This document shows positions 43,340-57,855 of a DNA stretch of 64,000 nt, piece by piece; the stretch's first letter is position 1; every line of letters starts with the position of its first letter. A program made the position numbers and the translations under genes. The notes below the pieces were generated by a model. The model saw nothing but the letters and a program-made list of their open reading frames with translations. It made no database searches and had not been told where the DNA came from. Location of the stretch: the NCBI GenBank assembly GCA_951406725.2, contig OX597820.1:63798001-63862000 (forward strand). The letters are read 5' to 3'. The DNA is from Octopus vulgaris (taxonomy: Eukaryota).

Positions 43340-43371
<32 letters not shown>

Positions 43372-44211
43372 TATATGCACATATATATATACATACATAC
43401 ATATCTATATACACATACGTACATACATACACATACATACGTACCCATTTCTGTGATTGTGAGTGTATGAACATAGTGTACTCGAGAGAAAAAGTTGAAA
43501 TAGGAGTGATTATTGTTACATATTGCTGGAGGAATAGTAGAATATATCTGTATGCATAATATATCAGTATGTTAAAATGTCAGTGCGGCGCAGCTGGAAT
43601 CACTTAAATTAAAACATTTTCCTGAGGTGGTTCAATATGTTTGAAATATATCCGTTGGTGTTGATACCCAGTTGTTCATTTTAACCGCATTTCCTATATT
43701 TATCAGTATTTCCTCTATTGTATTAATATTTTGACCAACTGATCTTATTGCAAATAATTACTTCGATTGCACTTTCTTCATTTTAGTTTTCTATTAGATT
43801 TTAAACACCAGTCGTTTGAGAATTTTTACCTCGAACAGTGAGATTTTATTCACTTGATACTGCGTTTTATATTCACTGTATAAATTACGACAGACCCTAC
43901 CTTATAGTTTTCATAAAGAGCACTCTCTTGTGTTAAAGTACTGCAATATAATTTTGCTCCTATTCCATTGTTTCCACAACTGACTACTCTACAAGAAAAG
44001 CTGAGACCATATGTTGCCACTCGAGCTTTCAGTACTAGCAGTGAAATGCCCCTCAAATCAAATTTATAGATGTATTGGATATACTGAGTATAACTAGATA
44101 TTTGAATAAAATGTTAGTTCATTTTATGTGCGTTCGATCATAGTAACTCGGATTTCAACAACGAAAACAAAAACTACTACTACTACTAATACTACTACCA
44201 ACACCAACACC

Positions 44212-44244
<33 letters not shown>

Positions 44245-44245
44245 G

Positions 44246-44306
<61 letters not shown>

Positions 44307-44784
44307 AGCAGGAGCATAAAAATGTCCATAATTTAGCAATTTTACTATCGGATTGACACCAAATTAATTATGGTAGGAAGTAATAAATTTTTATGCTTAT
44401 CACTATTAGGATACTTCAGTACAGTCGAATGACAACTGTGGAGTAGTCAATTAACTACATTAACCATACAGCAGTCTTTCCGTTGCTGCTACTGCTGTTT
44501 CAAATAATGGCGAAATGTCGTTAAAATTATAACATACAACCTTTAAAAATAAAATACACATTGGATAATGCAATACTTGCGTTAGACATTGAGTAACATT
44601 TAATTGGAATGGGTAGATTGTCATTTTGTGATTGATCCAGGCCTAAACACCCTAGTTATGGCACACCAGCAGCACAGCCTTTACGTCATCGTTTCAGCCG
44701 TTTCAAATATCATGCAAGTTACCATTGAAATACAACTTAGTATTTCAAATGAATGAATATCACACTGGTTAATGAAGGGCAATA

Positions 44785-45336
44785 TATTGGGTTGTCCGGA
44801 AAGTTCGTGCCGCTTTATAGTAGTTTACCTTTCGACTTATTTTAGAACATGGTTGAGTCCATAAAAGAGGATTTGACTACACCTCCATTTAGAGAACAGT
44901 TTAAGCTATCTTTTCGTGGAAGAAAGTTTATGTTGCTATAACCTCTTTAAAATGGAAGATAAGAAAGTTCATTTTCGTTACTTAATGCTTTCAGAACCAG
45001 ACAAAAATTGCTGCAGCTCGGCTGGGATGTGTTACCCCACCCTCTATATTCACCAGATATTACTCCTTCAGATTTCCACTTATTCAGGTCTTTGCAGAAT
45101 AGTTTTAATGGTAAAACTTTCAATTCCTTGGATGACGTAAAAAGATACCTCGATGAATTATTTGCCCTGAAACCACCTCAATTCTTGGAAGAGGGTATTT
45201 TCAAGTTAAAGGAAAGATGGAACGCATTGTGCAACAAAATGGTTCATATTTGGTTGATTAAAAATGTAATGGCAACTATTTATTGACCTTTTTCTTTCCT
45301 TTAAAAATCGGCACTAACTTTCCGGACAGCATGATA
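44785..45336 (+). mobile_element. Internally deleted mariner element
   Basis: TIRs TATTGGGTTGTCCGGAAAGTTCGTGCCG / CGGCACTAACTTTCCGGACAGCATGATA. The N-terminus MEDKKVHFRYLML is joined to the C-terminus LGWDVLPHPLYSPDITPSDFHLFRSLQN..GIFKLKERW. Confidence 0.92.
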
Positions 45337-47502
45337 CATTATTTGAATTTTAAAAAAAAGGTAATGGCAGAGAAAGTGGGAGACCCTCTATAGCTCTATT
45401 GCTCTAAACGAGGGGATCCCAACTAGGAGAAGTCCACAGAATCTTTAAGGTGGTCCACGAGTAAACAATTGTAATTTGTGGGTCCATATATAAATCTTGT
45501 TTACTAGATGTACCTGTATTTATTGAAATTTTCAAGATTCGTATTTAGAATTTATGTTATGAATATAACGAAATTGTTTCATTGTTAGTTTTTACTAGCC
45601 TACAAAAAATTTTTTATTTCAAAAATTTACACGTGATAAAATAGTTCTGAGGGAGTCCACAATTTTAGAGTCTAAACAAAGGGAGTGTAGCTAGAAAAAA
45701 CAAGATTTTAAAGCGGAAATAAAAATCGGTGCGGTTTGAGTTTTGAGGTGAGGAGTGTATAATACTATATATAAAAATGATTAGTTAAACACTGTTGTGT
45801 ATAGTCAATTTAGAATTCATTAAGATTTGCTACGGTTGAATTGAATTAAATAAAGGTGAATTAAATCAGGTGCAATAGTTAACAATTGAATTAAAGATTA
45901 GGTAAAAATAAGTCCGTGGATACAATAATATCAGATTGCTTATTAATTTCTTTAATCAGGTTGTGCAATATCCTCAATTGTTCATTGTTTATCATTATTA
46001 TCGTTTGAACTTGAAGTTGCACAAGTGGAAGAACTTCAGCAGCAATTTGATATTCTTTTAAATCCGTACAGAGTAACTTATGTAATCTTGGCATTGATTC
46101 TTACCGAACTCTACTAATAAAAGCAACAATAGAACGATTTGAAGTTAACAATATTTTTAATCTTAATAGCATTCAGTTGTTTTCCGGTAAATATCCGGTA
46201 AATATGGGTAATTCAGAGATTAGCCTCGACTAGGTACATACAAAAGAACTAAACATAGCATTAAGGAGTTTAACCATATGAGAAAAATGTAATATAATGT
46301 AATATTTCACGTAAACTCGTGGGAGTTGATATGTATATAAATTATGAATACAAAATTAAGAGAACTAGAATATGCATGTAGTATAATAATATGTGTGGAA
46401 TCCTTGTAGCAGTAGCCATTGCATGAATGTTATTGAAGTTGATAGACTGACATCCCCTCCACTTCTAGCAAAATGTTTTCAATGGACATACTGTAGTGTT
46501 TACATATTCTGTCACAGCTAATTTAGTGGATACTATAGTGACTATTAACACCTGTAAATTGAATACCATCAGGAACATGGGAAAATGCCCCTTGGATACT
46601 CAATGTTTGGAGAATACTCTAATATAGAATTGCACAGTTATTCTGTTTACTATACATATCTAGTAAAACATGCTCAAACTTCATACACACACATCATATC
46701 TAATAACGTCTTTACGTCCCACAAAAATTGGTGCCAGATTTCTCCTAATCCTTCTCTGAAATATTACATACATAACATACCAAGAACTGAATTTTCAACT
46801 AATCTTTAATCTAATCCTTAACTACTGTACCAGACATTATTTAACTTCATTCAATTTCATTAACTTCATCAAAACTTAACACTCCTTCAACATACTACAG
46901 TTGTAAGAATGTAACTCATAATTGTGCCTACATTTATTATGAACTCAGTTGGGCCTTAAACGTACCACTTTTCTCTATTTCGTTAATTTGAAATCCCTTC
47001 TCTGTTTAACTTACTACCTCTTTTGTCTTCAAGGACTAAAGATAACGTAGCAGTACCCTTAAATCTGTATTCACTGTACTAGCTAACATTTAAACTTAAT
47101 GATATCTCAGGTTTGGAAATTTAGGAAGGCTATACTAAATCGAGAAAGGAAATTAGATATGTGGCTTATCAACAATCACCACATACAATATTAACTAGAT
47201 GGAGAATTTTTGATGTTTATAATTCTCACACAGTACAAACACAGTTCCCACCACAAGATATGTGTCATGGAAAACCACACAAAGTAAGTAATAAATTTAG
47301 AGTTTGAGGAGAATGGCTCCGGGCTAGCTATTACATCAATTAATTGCTTAATTGAGTAAATAATTGATCAAATATGTTTACAAACCCATGTGTAGCGGGG
47401 AAATAGTTATTCTAACATTCCAAAACGATCTGACCAATGTCTAACATTACATAGCAAAATCACCTTCATTTGAAAGCCAAACACATACACGCGCGCGCAA
47501 TA

Positions 47503-47552
<50 letters not shown>

Positions 47553-47954
47553 AAAACACACATGTATATACAATATTTATTAATTTGAGTGTCTAACGAC
47601 TTCACTATGTCGATATATCAGCCGACCTATCTGAGTGTTTCTCAGCTAGTATACACATATATTAGCACGAACATATAATATTTAAGATAGCGTTGATTGT
47701 ACCACATCTTCGTATAGTTTATATGCATAAGTATATAGTGTATATGCAGAAGTATGGCATGCATGTGGGAGGAGTGTTTCCAAGGCATGTAACATGAAAG
47801 AATCTCGAACGTCAACAGTGGACATCATAAAATAAAGCTATAAGATGAAATGAAATTATGTTTAAATAACGTGCATTTGTAAATCAGTGAATAAATACTG
47901 CATAAATACTGCCCATAAATTTTGATATATATACATACATGCATTTAATATTGT

Positions 47955-48530
47955 TTTCTACTCTAGGCACAAGGCCCAAAATTTGGGGGCGGGGGCAGTC
48001 GAGTTGATCGACAACAGTACACAACAGGTGCTTAATTCATCGACCCCGGCGGAATTTGAACTCAGTACGTAAAGAAAGACGAAATACTTTTCTAATCTGG
48101 ACACAAGGCTCGAAATGTTGGGGTAGGCGGCCAGTCGATTAGATCGACTCTAGTACACAACTGGTACTTAATTCATCGACCCCGACAAGATGAAAGGTAA
48201 AGTCGACCTCGGCGGATTTGAACTCAGAACGTAATGACAGACGAAATACTGCGAAGTATTTCGCCCAACGTGCTAACGTTGTTGCCAGCTCGCCGCCTTG
48301 CATGTATTTAATATTTATTTCTTTATTGCACTTAGAGTGGACAAACCTGGAGAGACAAAAGGATTAAGTCCGTTACATCGAACACAAGTGCATAACTGGT
48401 ACTTATATAATCGACCCCGAAAGAAAGAAAGAAAAAGTCGACATCGGCGGAATTGGAACTCAGAATGTAATGACAGACGACATAGCGCTAAGCATTTCGT
48501 CCGGCATGCTAACGTTGCTGCCAGCTCGCC
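47955..48530 (-). mobile_element. Three tandem SINE copies (GGCGGCGAGCTGGCAGAA family)
   Basis: Same arrangement as the 31.1-31.7 kb cluster, with heads ending CCAGCTCGCCG at ~48298 and ~48531. Confidence 0.85.
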
Positions 48531-48540
48531 GACATACATA

Positions 48541-48736
48541 CACGCGGAATTCTGTTCTTGATTCGACGGTCATTCGGAATGCTCACAGCAGCCATATTCC
48601 TACCACTCTATGTCACGCTGGTGATACCCATATTGGAGTATGGGATTCAGGCCTCTTCTCCTTATCTCCTCAAAGACATACAGCATCTCGAAAGAGTCCA
48701 GAGGCTGGCTACCCGCATGGTTCATGGTCTCAAAAC
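48541..48736 (+). mobile_element. CR1/L2/Jockey-group LINE ORF2 fragment (region C-terminal to the RT core)
   Basis: RGILFLIRRSF..LPLYVTLVIPILEY..SPYLLKDIQHLERVQRLATRMV matches the LY..LVRP.LEY...WSP....DI..LERVQR.AT motif. Confidence 0.85.
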
Positions 48737-49134
48737 TCCATGTCCCCCTACATGGCCTTGCTATTTGCTTTTGAGCCAAATTAACTAACTAACTAACTAA
48801 CATGTAATATTAAAAAGCAATGTTGAGTAAACTGAGAATTATCTACTGAAAAAAAGACAATGAAATATAATCAGTAGTAATATCCGAAAATCTTTCTACA
48901 CAAAAGGCAGTGACAAACTGAAAAACGCTTAAACAAAATATCTTTAGTACTAAAGATACAGGGAGAAAAGTCACACTATTAATAATAAGAAATGTGAAAG
49001 AAAAAGGCAAGAAAAAGTTTAAACATGCAATGTGTGACAACTAGAAATGCGAATGAGTGGTTCATCATATCAAACACAAGAATACACACGCATTTACATA
49101 CACATATAAGTATATATATATCATTATATGCATA

Positions 49135-49185
<51 letters not shown>

Positions 49186-49188
<3 letters not shown>

Positions 49189-49410
49189 GTTAATCCAAAC
49201 ATAAAAACAAAAGAGAAAACACAACAACGCAAGGACGTGGAACAAGTATAGTGTTATTGGAGGCTCAGGAAAAGAAAGAAAGTAGGAGGATCTAACGTTT
49301 CGTGGGGAACTCTTCATCAGAAACATAGAAAAAGGAAAGGTCCAAGGAGGGGAAGACGGAGGAAAAAGTTGCCAACGATACACATGCGGGCACATATTGA
49401 ATGTACCAGT

Positions 49411-49448
<38 letters not shown>

Positions 49449-49905
49449 CAAAGTTAATCCAAACAAGAAAGCAAAAAGACAACAACGCGAGGATGTGGAA
49501 CAAATAAAGTATTATTGGGCGCTCAGGAAAGAAGGGAAGAAGGAGGATAAGACGTTTCGAGCGGAGCTCTTCGTCGGAAACATAGGAGAAAGAAAGATAC
49601 CGAGGTGGGAGGACAGAGGGAAAAAATGCAAGTGGTCTTCACGAGGTCACATACTGAAATACAAATATATATATACACATACATACCTATATAAATATAT
49701 ACGAAAATAAACAAAAGACGAAGGCAGGTGGAGTACAAACAAACAAATATATTAGTAAAGCGCTCAGGAATAGAAATAGAAAAAGTATTTTACGTTTCGA
49801 GCATTACGCTCTTCGACAGAAAGATACACAGAAAAAAACAAGGAGAGAAACAAGGAAAGAAAAAAATGCATGCAGGAGCTAACGATGTATCATGGCGTCC
49901 TACAT
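49186..49905 (-). mobile_element. Cluster of three short repeats carrying minimal hammerhead-like motifs (PLE pLTR-derived)
   Basis: Units begin GTTAATCCAAAC (49189, 49453; also 58315). Minus-strand motifs are CTGATGA-A-GAG..-GAAACGTT (49290-49324), CCGACGA-A-GAGC-tcc-GCTC-GAAACGTC (49547-49581) and CTGTCGA-A-GAGC-gtaat-GCTC-GAAACGTA (49787-49823). Confidence 0.7.
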
Positions 49906-50585
49906 ACACACACGCACACACACATACACAACATCTAATCTATGTATCAACGTGATAATGTAATTATCTTTAAATTGCCCATTGCGCGTGTCTTACTTTC
50001 ATAGATCCATATCTTTCTTTCTATCTTCCCAATACTAAATGATATGTGCGAGTGCGAGTGCGTTAATGTGTCTCATAATATTTCTCCACGTGAGTCTATA
50101 AACTTGGACGTCTGTGTGTATTTCTCATATGTATAATTCTCTAAATATTATTCATGCATATTTTTTCCAACGAATATTCAAACCTGATGCTATTTTTATT
50201 CCATGTGTTTGTTTTTTTTTTACTTTGATCCAAGTTATGCTTGGTTAAATTAAATGCATTATTGCTTCAGAAACGAAGGAGAGTTGCGTATATCTGTATG
50301 TGTCTATATATGCGTTCGCAAGTTTATAAAAATACATAGGGATGTTAATGTGATATTTGTATATGAATGTATACGCGCACAAAAACATATATAAAAGTAC
50401 ATGTAGATATATATATCTATATATATATCTATATATACATTCCGTGTGTTTGTATGTATGGGTATATATTTATATATATATTTATATTGACTAGGTAAAA
50501 GTACATGTGTATATACACGTATATATATATATATTACGAGTATGTGCGTTTCTATGTATGTATGTACTTATGTATATATATATAT

Positions 50586-50705
50586 GTGAACATAGACATC
50601 ACAGATATATTTATGTTCATGTGTGTTGAGAGTATGCGTATATATATATATATATATGTAAGTATATATAAATATGTACATGCATATATATGTATATGTA
50701 AATGC

Positions 50706-50784
<79 letters not shown>

Positions 50785-51115
50785 TGAATATAAGAATATA
50801 TATATATATGTGTGTAAATATATACATATATGAATATAGGAATGCATATATATCTATCTGTGTCTAAATCTGCCTGTGTGTATGTGTGCGTGCATATACA
50901 CATTTATAGATATATACATACATGCGTACGTAAAAGTGCATAACATGATAAAGCAAAAACTAAAATTATACAAATCAACAGGAACTCAGATACGAAAATA
51001 TAATGATATATTTTCTGTGTAAACACACTCACAAGCGATTCTATGCACATACATATTTATACATATGCATATGTGTGTGTGTTATATAAATAAATAAATA
51101 TGCATATTTATATAT

Positions 51116-51203
<88 letters not shown>

Positions 51204-51549
51204 TATGTTATATATATATATAAATATGCATATTTATTTATTTATATAAGCACACGCACACATATGCATATGTATAAATATGTATGTGCATAGAATCGCT
51301 TGTGAGTGTGTTTACACAGAAAATATATCATTATATTTTCGTATCTGAGTTCCTGTTGATTTGTATAATTTTAGTTTTTGCTTTATCATGTTATGCACTT
51401 TTACGTACGCATGTATGTATATATCTATAAATGTGTATATGCACGCACACATACACACAGGCAGATTTAGACACGAATAGATATATATGCATTCCTATAT
51501 TCATATATGTATATATTTACACACATATATATATATATTCTTATATTCA

Positions 51550-51633
<84 letters not shown>

Positions 51634-51750
51634 TTTACATATACATATATATGCATGTACATATTTATATATACTTACATATATATATATATATATACGC
51701 ATACTCTCAACACACATGAACATAAATATATCTGTGATGGTCTATGTTCG
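50586..51750. repeat. Large palindrome: ~530-bp inverted arms around a (TA)n centre
   Basis: For example AAATCAACAGGAACTCAGATACGAAAAT (~50972) versus ATTTTCGTATCTGAGTTCCTGTTGATTT (~51335). The arms match out to CATCACAGATATATTTATG / CATAAATATATCTGTGATG. Confidence 0.9.
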
Positions 51751-51981
51751 CATGCGTGTTTGCCTGTATATCGCAAGGAATATACATCATTATATCTTCT
51801 TACTTGTTATATTATTGATGTATAGACATTTTAGATGCGGAAACGTTTGTGTATTTAGTGTATATATACATAAATATATACATTCGATTATGTCCATACA
51901 TTTAGGAATATATAGATATACATGTGTATGTATCTCCATATGAATATATATATGTACAACTATGTTTATGTATATGTATAT

Positions 51982-52020
<39 letters not shown>

Positions 52021-52353
52021 TGTATGTGTGCGTGTGTGCGTACATTCACATGTTTGTGAATGTGTTTATGAAACTCCGAGTAATGATGTAGTCAAACAAT
52101 TGTTGCCCGAAATATATGTACACACAAACCACACATCACATGAAAATTATAACTATACACACATACACACACACACATATATATAGATATATATATATAA
52201 ATATGAATATGTATATATGTATGTAGGTATAAAAATTATGTGCGTAGATGTCGTGTGTGAACAGGCGCGTATACGTGTGTGCTTATATATATAAATATAT
52301 AAATATATACATACATATATATATATATATATACATCGAATGTTTGTGTGTGA

Positions 52354-52404
<51 letters not shown>

Positions 52405-52868
52405 CATATATACATATATAAGCATATATGTATGTATATGTATATATTTATACAAATGTCTGTATAAATATATTTTCACGTGCATGTATAAAAATATGTT
52501 GATAAATATATAATTTTTTTTGCAAAGAAACCAAAGTATAAGAGAAACAAACGAAGACAAAATCGAATTATCTGCTGGAACTAAATATCGAACACGTCCA
52601 TCCAATATCCGTTTTAAAGTATCTTGATACGTAGGTCACGCTGAAAGCGATCGAGAGGTCACATGTTTACGTGAGTTCTTGGTGAGAACGTGGAAATTTT
52701 GTTTTGACTGTTCAAGGACATCGTTTTCGAAAAACTATATTTCCATCATGAAATGCTCTTCAAATTTCCATTCGAACCAGAGAAATATAGTTTATCTTGA
52801 TATTTCAGTATATTGCTTGTTTGATTATTGTTTTTTTTTTTCCATATTTATCGAATGTTTGTATGTGA

Positions 52869-52916
<48 letters not shown>

Positions 52917-53609
52917 TTGTGTGTGTGTATGTATGTATGTATCTTTGCATACATATATATGTATATATATATTTTTTTTTTTTTATGTGTATGTACGTGT
53001 GTGATGTTTTGGCAATGCAAACAAAAATATTCAAAACATATATTATTTTTATTGTTGTTGTTGTTGTTCTTGTTTTTGTTATTATTTGGCAAGATTTACA
53101 GAGTGACTCAAGAGCGTTACTACTTATCAAAGTTTCTAAGTACTAACATACGAAACTCTCAAAGCTTAAGTCTGTGTGCTGCTTCTACCATATATACTCA
53201 CACAGACGCACGCACATACACACATATATGTGTGTGTATAATACACACACACACACATATATGTATGTGTCTGTAATACACACACATACACACACACGCA
53301 CATATAAATATGTGTGTGTGTGTGCGTGTGTGCGTGTGTGTGTGTGAGTACGTGTGTATTTTAATCGGAACCCAAACAGAAGAAAATCAAAACTTATTCT
53401 ATAGAGAAGGACATATTGAAAAAAAAAAACAATCTTAATCGACCTAAATTATGTAAGTGACTCATGGTCCGAGATTTTTCTGTGTGATATATATGAAAGC
53501 CCCCACACCCATAACTGTCGTACCTTGGATCACTTTATAACAACATATTGACGAAAAAATATGAGAAAAACTGTGTGAGTGTGTGTGTGTGTGTGTGTGT
53601 GTTTACTTG

Positions 53610-53648
<39 letters not shown>

Positions 53649-53894
53649 ACACATATGTATGTATGCATGCATGTATATAGATAAATAAATATTCGTAGCC
53701 ACTTCAACATGGCTGTCCGTTCGGACAGACTCTACTGCGATGTTTAACCCCAAGGGTACAGCTCCTCTAGCTGATTAACGATGCAGAGATGTATCTAATA
53801 AATTGCAAGTACGGGTGTGAACCTCTACCACCTTCTGCCGACGGGAGCTCTTAGAGAAATTTTAGAACCAACATTTTTGCTGATATATATACAT

Positions 53895-54002
<108 letters not shown>

Positions 54003-54069
54003 GCATATATATATATAAATAATTAAATATATCCATACACGCACAATTATATATATATACATATAAATA

Positions 54070-54105
<36 letters not shown>

Positions 54106-54739
54106 TTCAAATTTACAGTAAATACAAAACGAAGTCAGGTGAAAGAACAAGACGTAGGTGTATTAGTTTGACGCTTGTGAAGATTCGAAAAGTGAAGATT
54201 CGAAACGATTGAGAAGAAAAAAGGGGAGAGCAAAAATGGTTTAGGTATTAACAGTTCAACGTGAGCCTCAATTTTACTCCATATGGAATAGGTTGTGAAA
54301 CTCAATGAATACATTTTCATTCCCGGCGACAAAGGTTACTGTTACCCGGAGAGAAAGGCGTGTCCCGAAGAGAAAGGTTATTGTGTTGTGCATAATGACA
54401 AAATTCTCAGGGAATGGCAAGTTCTTATAAGATGATGTACGAAGTTTACAAAATCTGAAACGCTCTATGCAAATGAAGAGCAAAAGAAAAGAAGCTTGCG
54501 TTAAAATATAAAAACCAATCCCTAAACCTTCTTTAAATACGCGATAGAATTGGCTTCTATGCGTTGTGCAGGATTGGGCCACATCCCCACAAAGATGGCT
54601 CCTGTACAAGAAACCAAATGAGGATACGTGAAACAGTGAATGAATTAATCAAAAGTATCTTCATCGCACCCATCCTTGTCTGTTTGACTTTTTGTTGGCA
54701 CACCGAAGATCCTGTATTTTTATCTATTTAACTGATGCT

Positions 54740-55460
54740 GTTGATGATGATAATGATGACGATGGTGATTATGATGAGGATGAGGATGATAAGGACAACG
54801 ACGACGAAGATGACGATGATGCTGATGACGACGACGACGACGACGAGGATGATGATAATGATAATGGTGATGACAATGGTGATGACGATGAAGGCAATGA
54901 TTCAGTAGTGATGGTGGTATTACTAGTTCTCTTCGTGGCGATGATATTTCTGTTAGTGGTGGCGTTGGTGGTGATGGTGGGCGTTGCTGGTGATGGTGGG
55001 CGTTGCTGGTGATGGTGGGCGTTGCTGGTGATGGTGGGTGTTGGTGGTGATGGTGGTGATGGAAGCGTTAATGGTTGTGACTGTAGTGGTAGCGTTCGTG
55101 GTGATGTTAGTAGTGGTGGTGATGGTGATAGTAGTAGTGCTAGTGGTGGTGGGGTAGTGTTTGTTGTGGTGTTTGTTGGTGTCAGTCGTTGGTGGTGATG
55201 GTGGTGATAGCAGTGATGATGGTTGTTGGTGGTGATGGTGGTGATAGCAGTGATGATGGTTGTGGCTGTGGTGGTAGCGTCCATGATGGTGTTAGTAGTG
55301 GTGGTGATAGTGATGGTGGTATTGCTAGAGGTGGTGGTAGTGGTGGTGGTGGTGGTGGTGGGTTTAGTGTTGGTTGTGGTGTTTCTTGGTGTTAGTCGGG
55401 GCGTTAGTGGTGATGGTGCTGATGTTGTTGCTTCTGGTGGCGGCGGCGGCGATGGTGATT
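54740..55460. repeat. Degenerate GAT/GAC/GGT trinucleotide low-complexity tract
   Basis: Direct inspection, with internal short duplications (GATGGTGGGCGTTGCTGGT x3). Confidence 0.85.
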
Positions 55461-56015
55461 TATGTATTTATTTATTTATTTTTTCTTTTGTTTGGTAGTT
55501 GTCTGGTTGTTCGTGAATGTGGAGGTGGCGTTAATTACTGTTAGTGATATATTCGATATAGTTGTGCATATTTGCTTAAGAGTGATGATTATGATGACGA
55601 GCGTTTGTTTGTTCGGAGGCAGCATTGAAATGTTATCAAAACACACATGGACTGCGTGCTCACGACCAACGTTGATTCCATCTCCCATATGCGTGGTCTC
55701 TACGCTATACAAATACACCCAGTCATACATAGATGCATATGCACATACATACACGGAGAAACAAAACCTCCTATCATACCCTGCAAATACTATTTCCGTT
55801 TCATCACTGTTTACCATTATTTAATGTCAGCTAGTATTCTGTCCATTTAACGCACACCATTTTGACTTCGGCTTTTTTTTCTCTCTTCAGTATTTTCAAG
55901 TTTCGTTTGTTTTTTTTATATTTTTGTTGTATTGAGTTTTTGTTTTTTAGTTGAAGAAGAAGAGGAAAGGGCTGTAACATATCCTTATTCCAGTACTATT
56001 TTTTCTTCTTTTTCT

Positions 56016-56146
56016 CTCTACTGAAGGCACAAGACACGAAAATTTTGGGGAGGGCCTAGTCGATTAGATCGACCGCAGTACGCAACTGGTACTTAATTTA
56101 TCGACCCCGAAAGTATGAAAGCAATGTCGACCTCGGCGGAATTTGA
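56016..56146 (-). mobile_element. Partial SINE (GGCGGCGAGCTGGCAGAA family, 3' part)
   Basis: GTCGATTAGATCGAC..CAACTGGTACTTAATTTATCGACCCCGAAAG..GTCGACCTCGGCGGAATTTGA. Confidence 0.8.
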
Positions 56147-56685
56147 TTATTCATGTACTATTAAAATAACAATGTTACCGGGCCAGCCAGATAACCAGCC
56201 TTCCATTAGCCAATCAGCATGCAAGTCAACCCCTTAGCTAATCAGTTAGTCTGCCACTCATAGAGAAATGGCACCACGAATCAAAGAAAGTGTGGAGGAT
56301 TGAATTACTAGAAGTAACGAGGAGATGTTATCAAATCATCCCAGTCGCCACCATCTTACAAAATAGCATATTGGACGATGTAGTTACGGCTAGTTATGTA
56401 TATATGTGGGGTTGCTTGTGTGTGCATGTGTATGTCTAGGGCTGCTTGAGTGCGCTTGCGTGTTTCTATATATGTATGGACGTCTGTATGTATTCAATAT
56501 GTGTTTACGTTTGCATTTGTGTATGTATGTAAGTATATATGTGTGTATGCATGTATGCATGTATGTATGCATGTTTGTATATATGTATGTACATACTGGA
56601 AATTACCTGTTCATGAGAAAGAATATCCATGATTTTGGACAAGATACCGGGAAAAGAACAACCTTCTAGTGTATATCTAAATAAG

Positions 56686-57855
56686 ATTTGGTTTCGAATT
56701 TCAGGGAACGGGTTTGCATACAAGAAGCTAAGACAAACACAATAAAGTCACCTGTTCGATTATATTAGTATATAATTATTCAAATACCTCATCAGAGAAA
56801 AGCAGTTCGATACAAACAGATTCATAGGAGGAGGTGGTGAAACATTCTTGACTTTAAAGGTGTCGCGAAAGGCCTGGGGGCCCTATTTTCTGAGTTCTTT
56901 TACTGATTTTGGAAACACTGAATAACCACCTAAATAAGTGTATGAATCTGAGAGGGAAATGTGTTGAATAAAATCATAATTGTCTACCCTTTCGTATTTT
57001 CTTTTATCCAAAGCTAGGAACTGTTCAGCACCCCGTCATAATCACCTAGGAAGTAACTGATATATGGTTGATACATTCAAAGCGTGTCATAATTTATATT
57101 AATACACAACGGCACTTAATGTCTCTTTGGTAGAGATCAAATGGCAGAACGAGAAAGGAGGCGCGTTAGTTCATGTAGTTTTAAGTCTTAATTTTCATCA
57201 TTTCAGAGTCGGCCAATACGTTCAATATTATAAATTTAGCAATATATACCCATATTTATGCTAATCTGCTGTGCCACTCTAAATACTGCAATAGTATTAC
57301 TTAACCAACCATCGTACAGCGCATTTCAGAGAGAGGGGGGGTCGATAAATAAATTAAAACAGTTCAAGTCGTTATTTCTAGCTCCAACATTAAATTCAAA
57401 TATTTTTTTGTGTTGTAAATTTTAATGCATCCGTCGCTAACGATAAAGTACCGAGACAGATATATGTAATTCTATTTATAATTCTTTCATATTCTAGTGT
57501 GAGGTGTGACAGGCAGAGGTCATAAAATTTTTCTGTACATCTGAGACGAGTAGGACGAAATGAGGTTTTACTTTGAACCAAGTGAATACCCTCATCAAAA
57601 TTTGACAGTACGTAAATATAAAACAAATATCAATCTGCATAACACAATTAGTCCAACACACACACACACCTAAACAGATACACACACGCACGCATATATA
57701 TATATATATATATATATGAATCTGTTTGTATCGAACTGCTTTTCTCTGATGAGGTATTTGAATAATTATATACTAATATAATCGAACAGGTGACTTTATT
57801 GTGTTTGTCTTAGCTTCTGGTATGCAAACCCGTTCCCTGAAATTCGAAACCAAAT
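56686..57855. repeat. 141-bp near-perfect inverted repeat pair (56686-56826 / 57715-57855)
   Basis: One mismatch seen by eye. The right copy is flanked by (TA)n on both sides. Confidence 0.9.

Noticed and set aside
45891-46094. MPRLHK resembling the PLE RT PKIHK motif
   Set aside because: A single short motif, with no downstream RT motifs recognised.
54692-55498. Acidic, Gly-rich or Thr/Pro-rich ORFs resembling a mucin or membrane protein
   Set aside because: The degenerate trinucleotide tract is open in several frames on both strands, with no splice or domain evidence.
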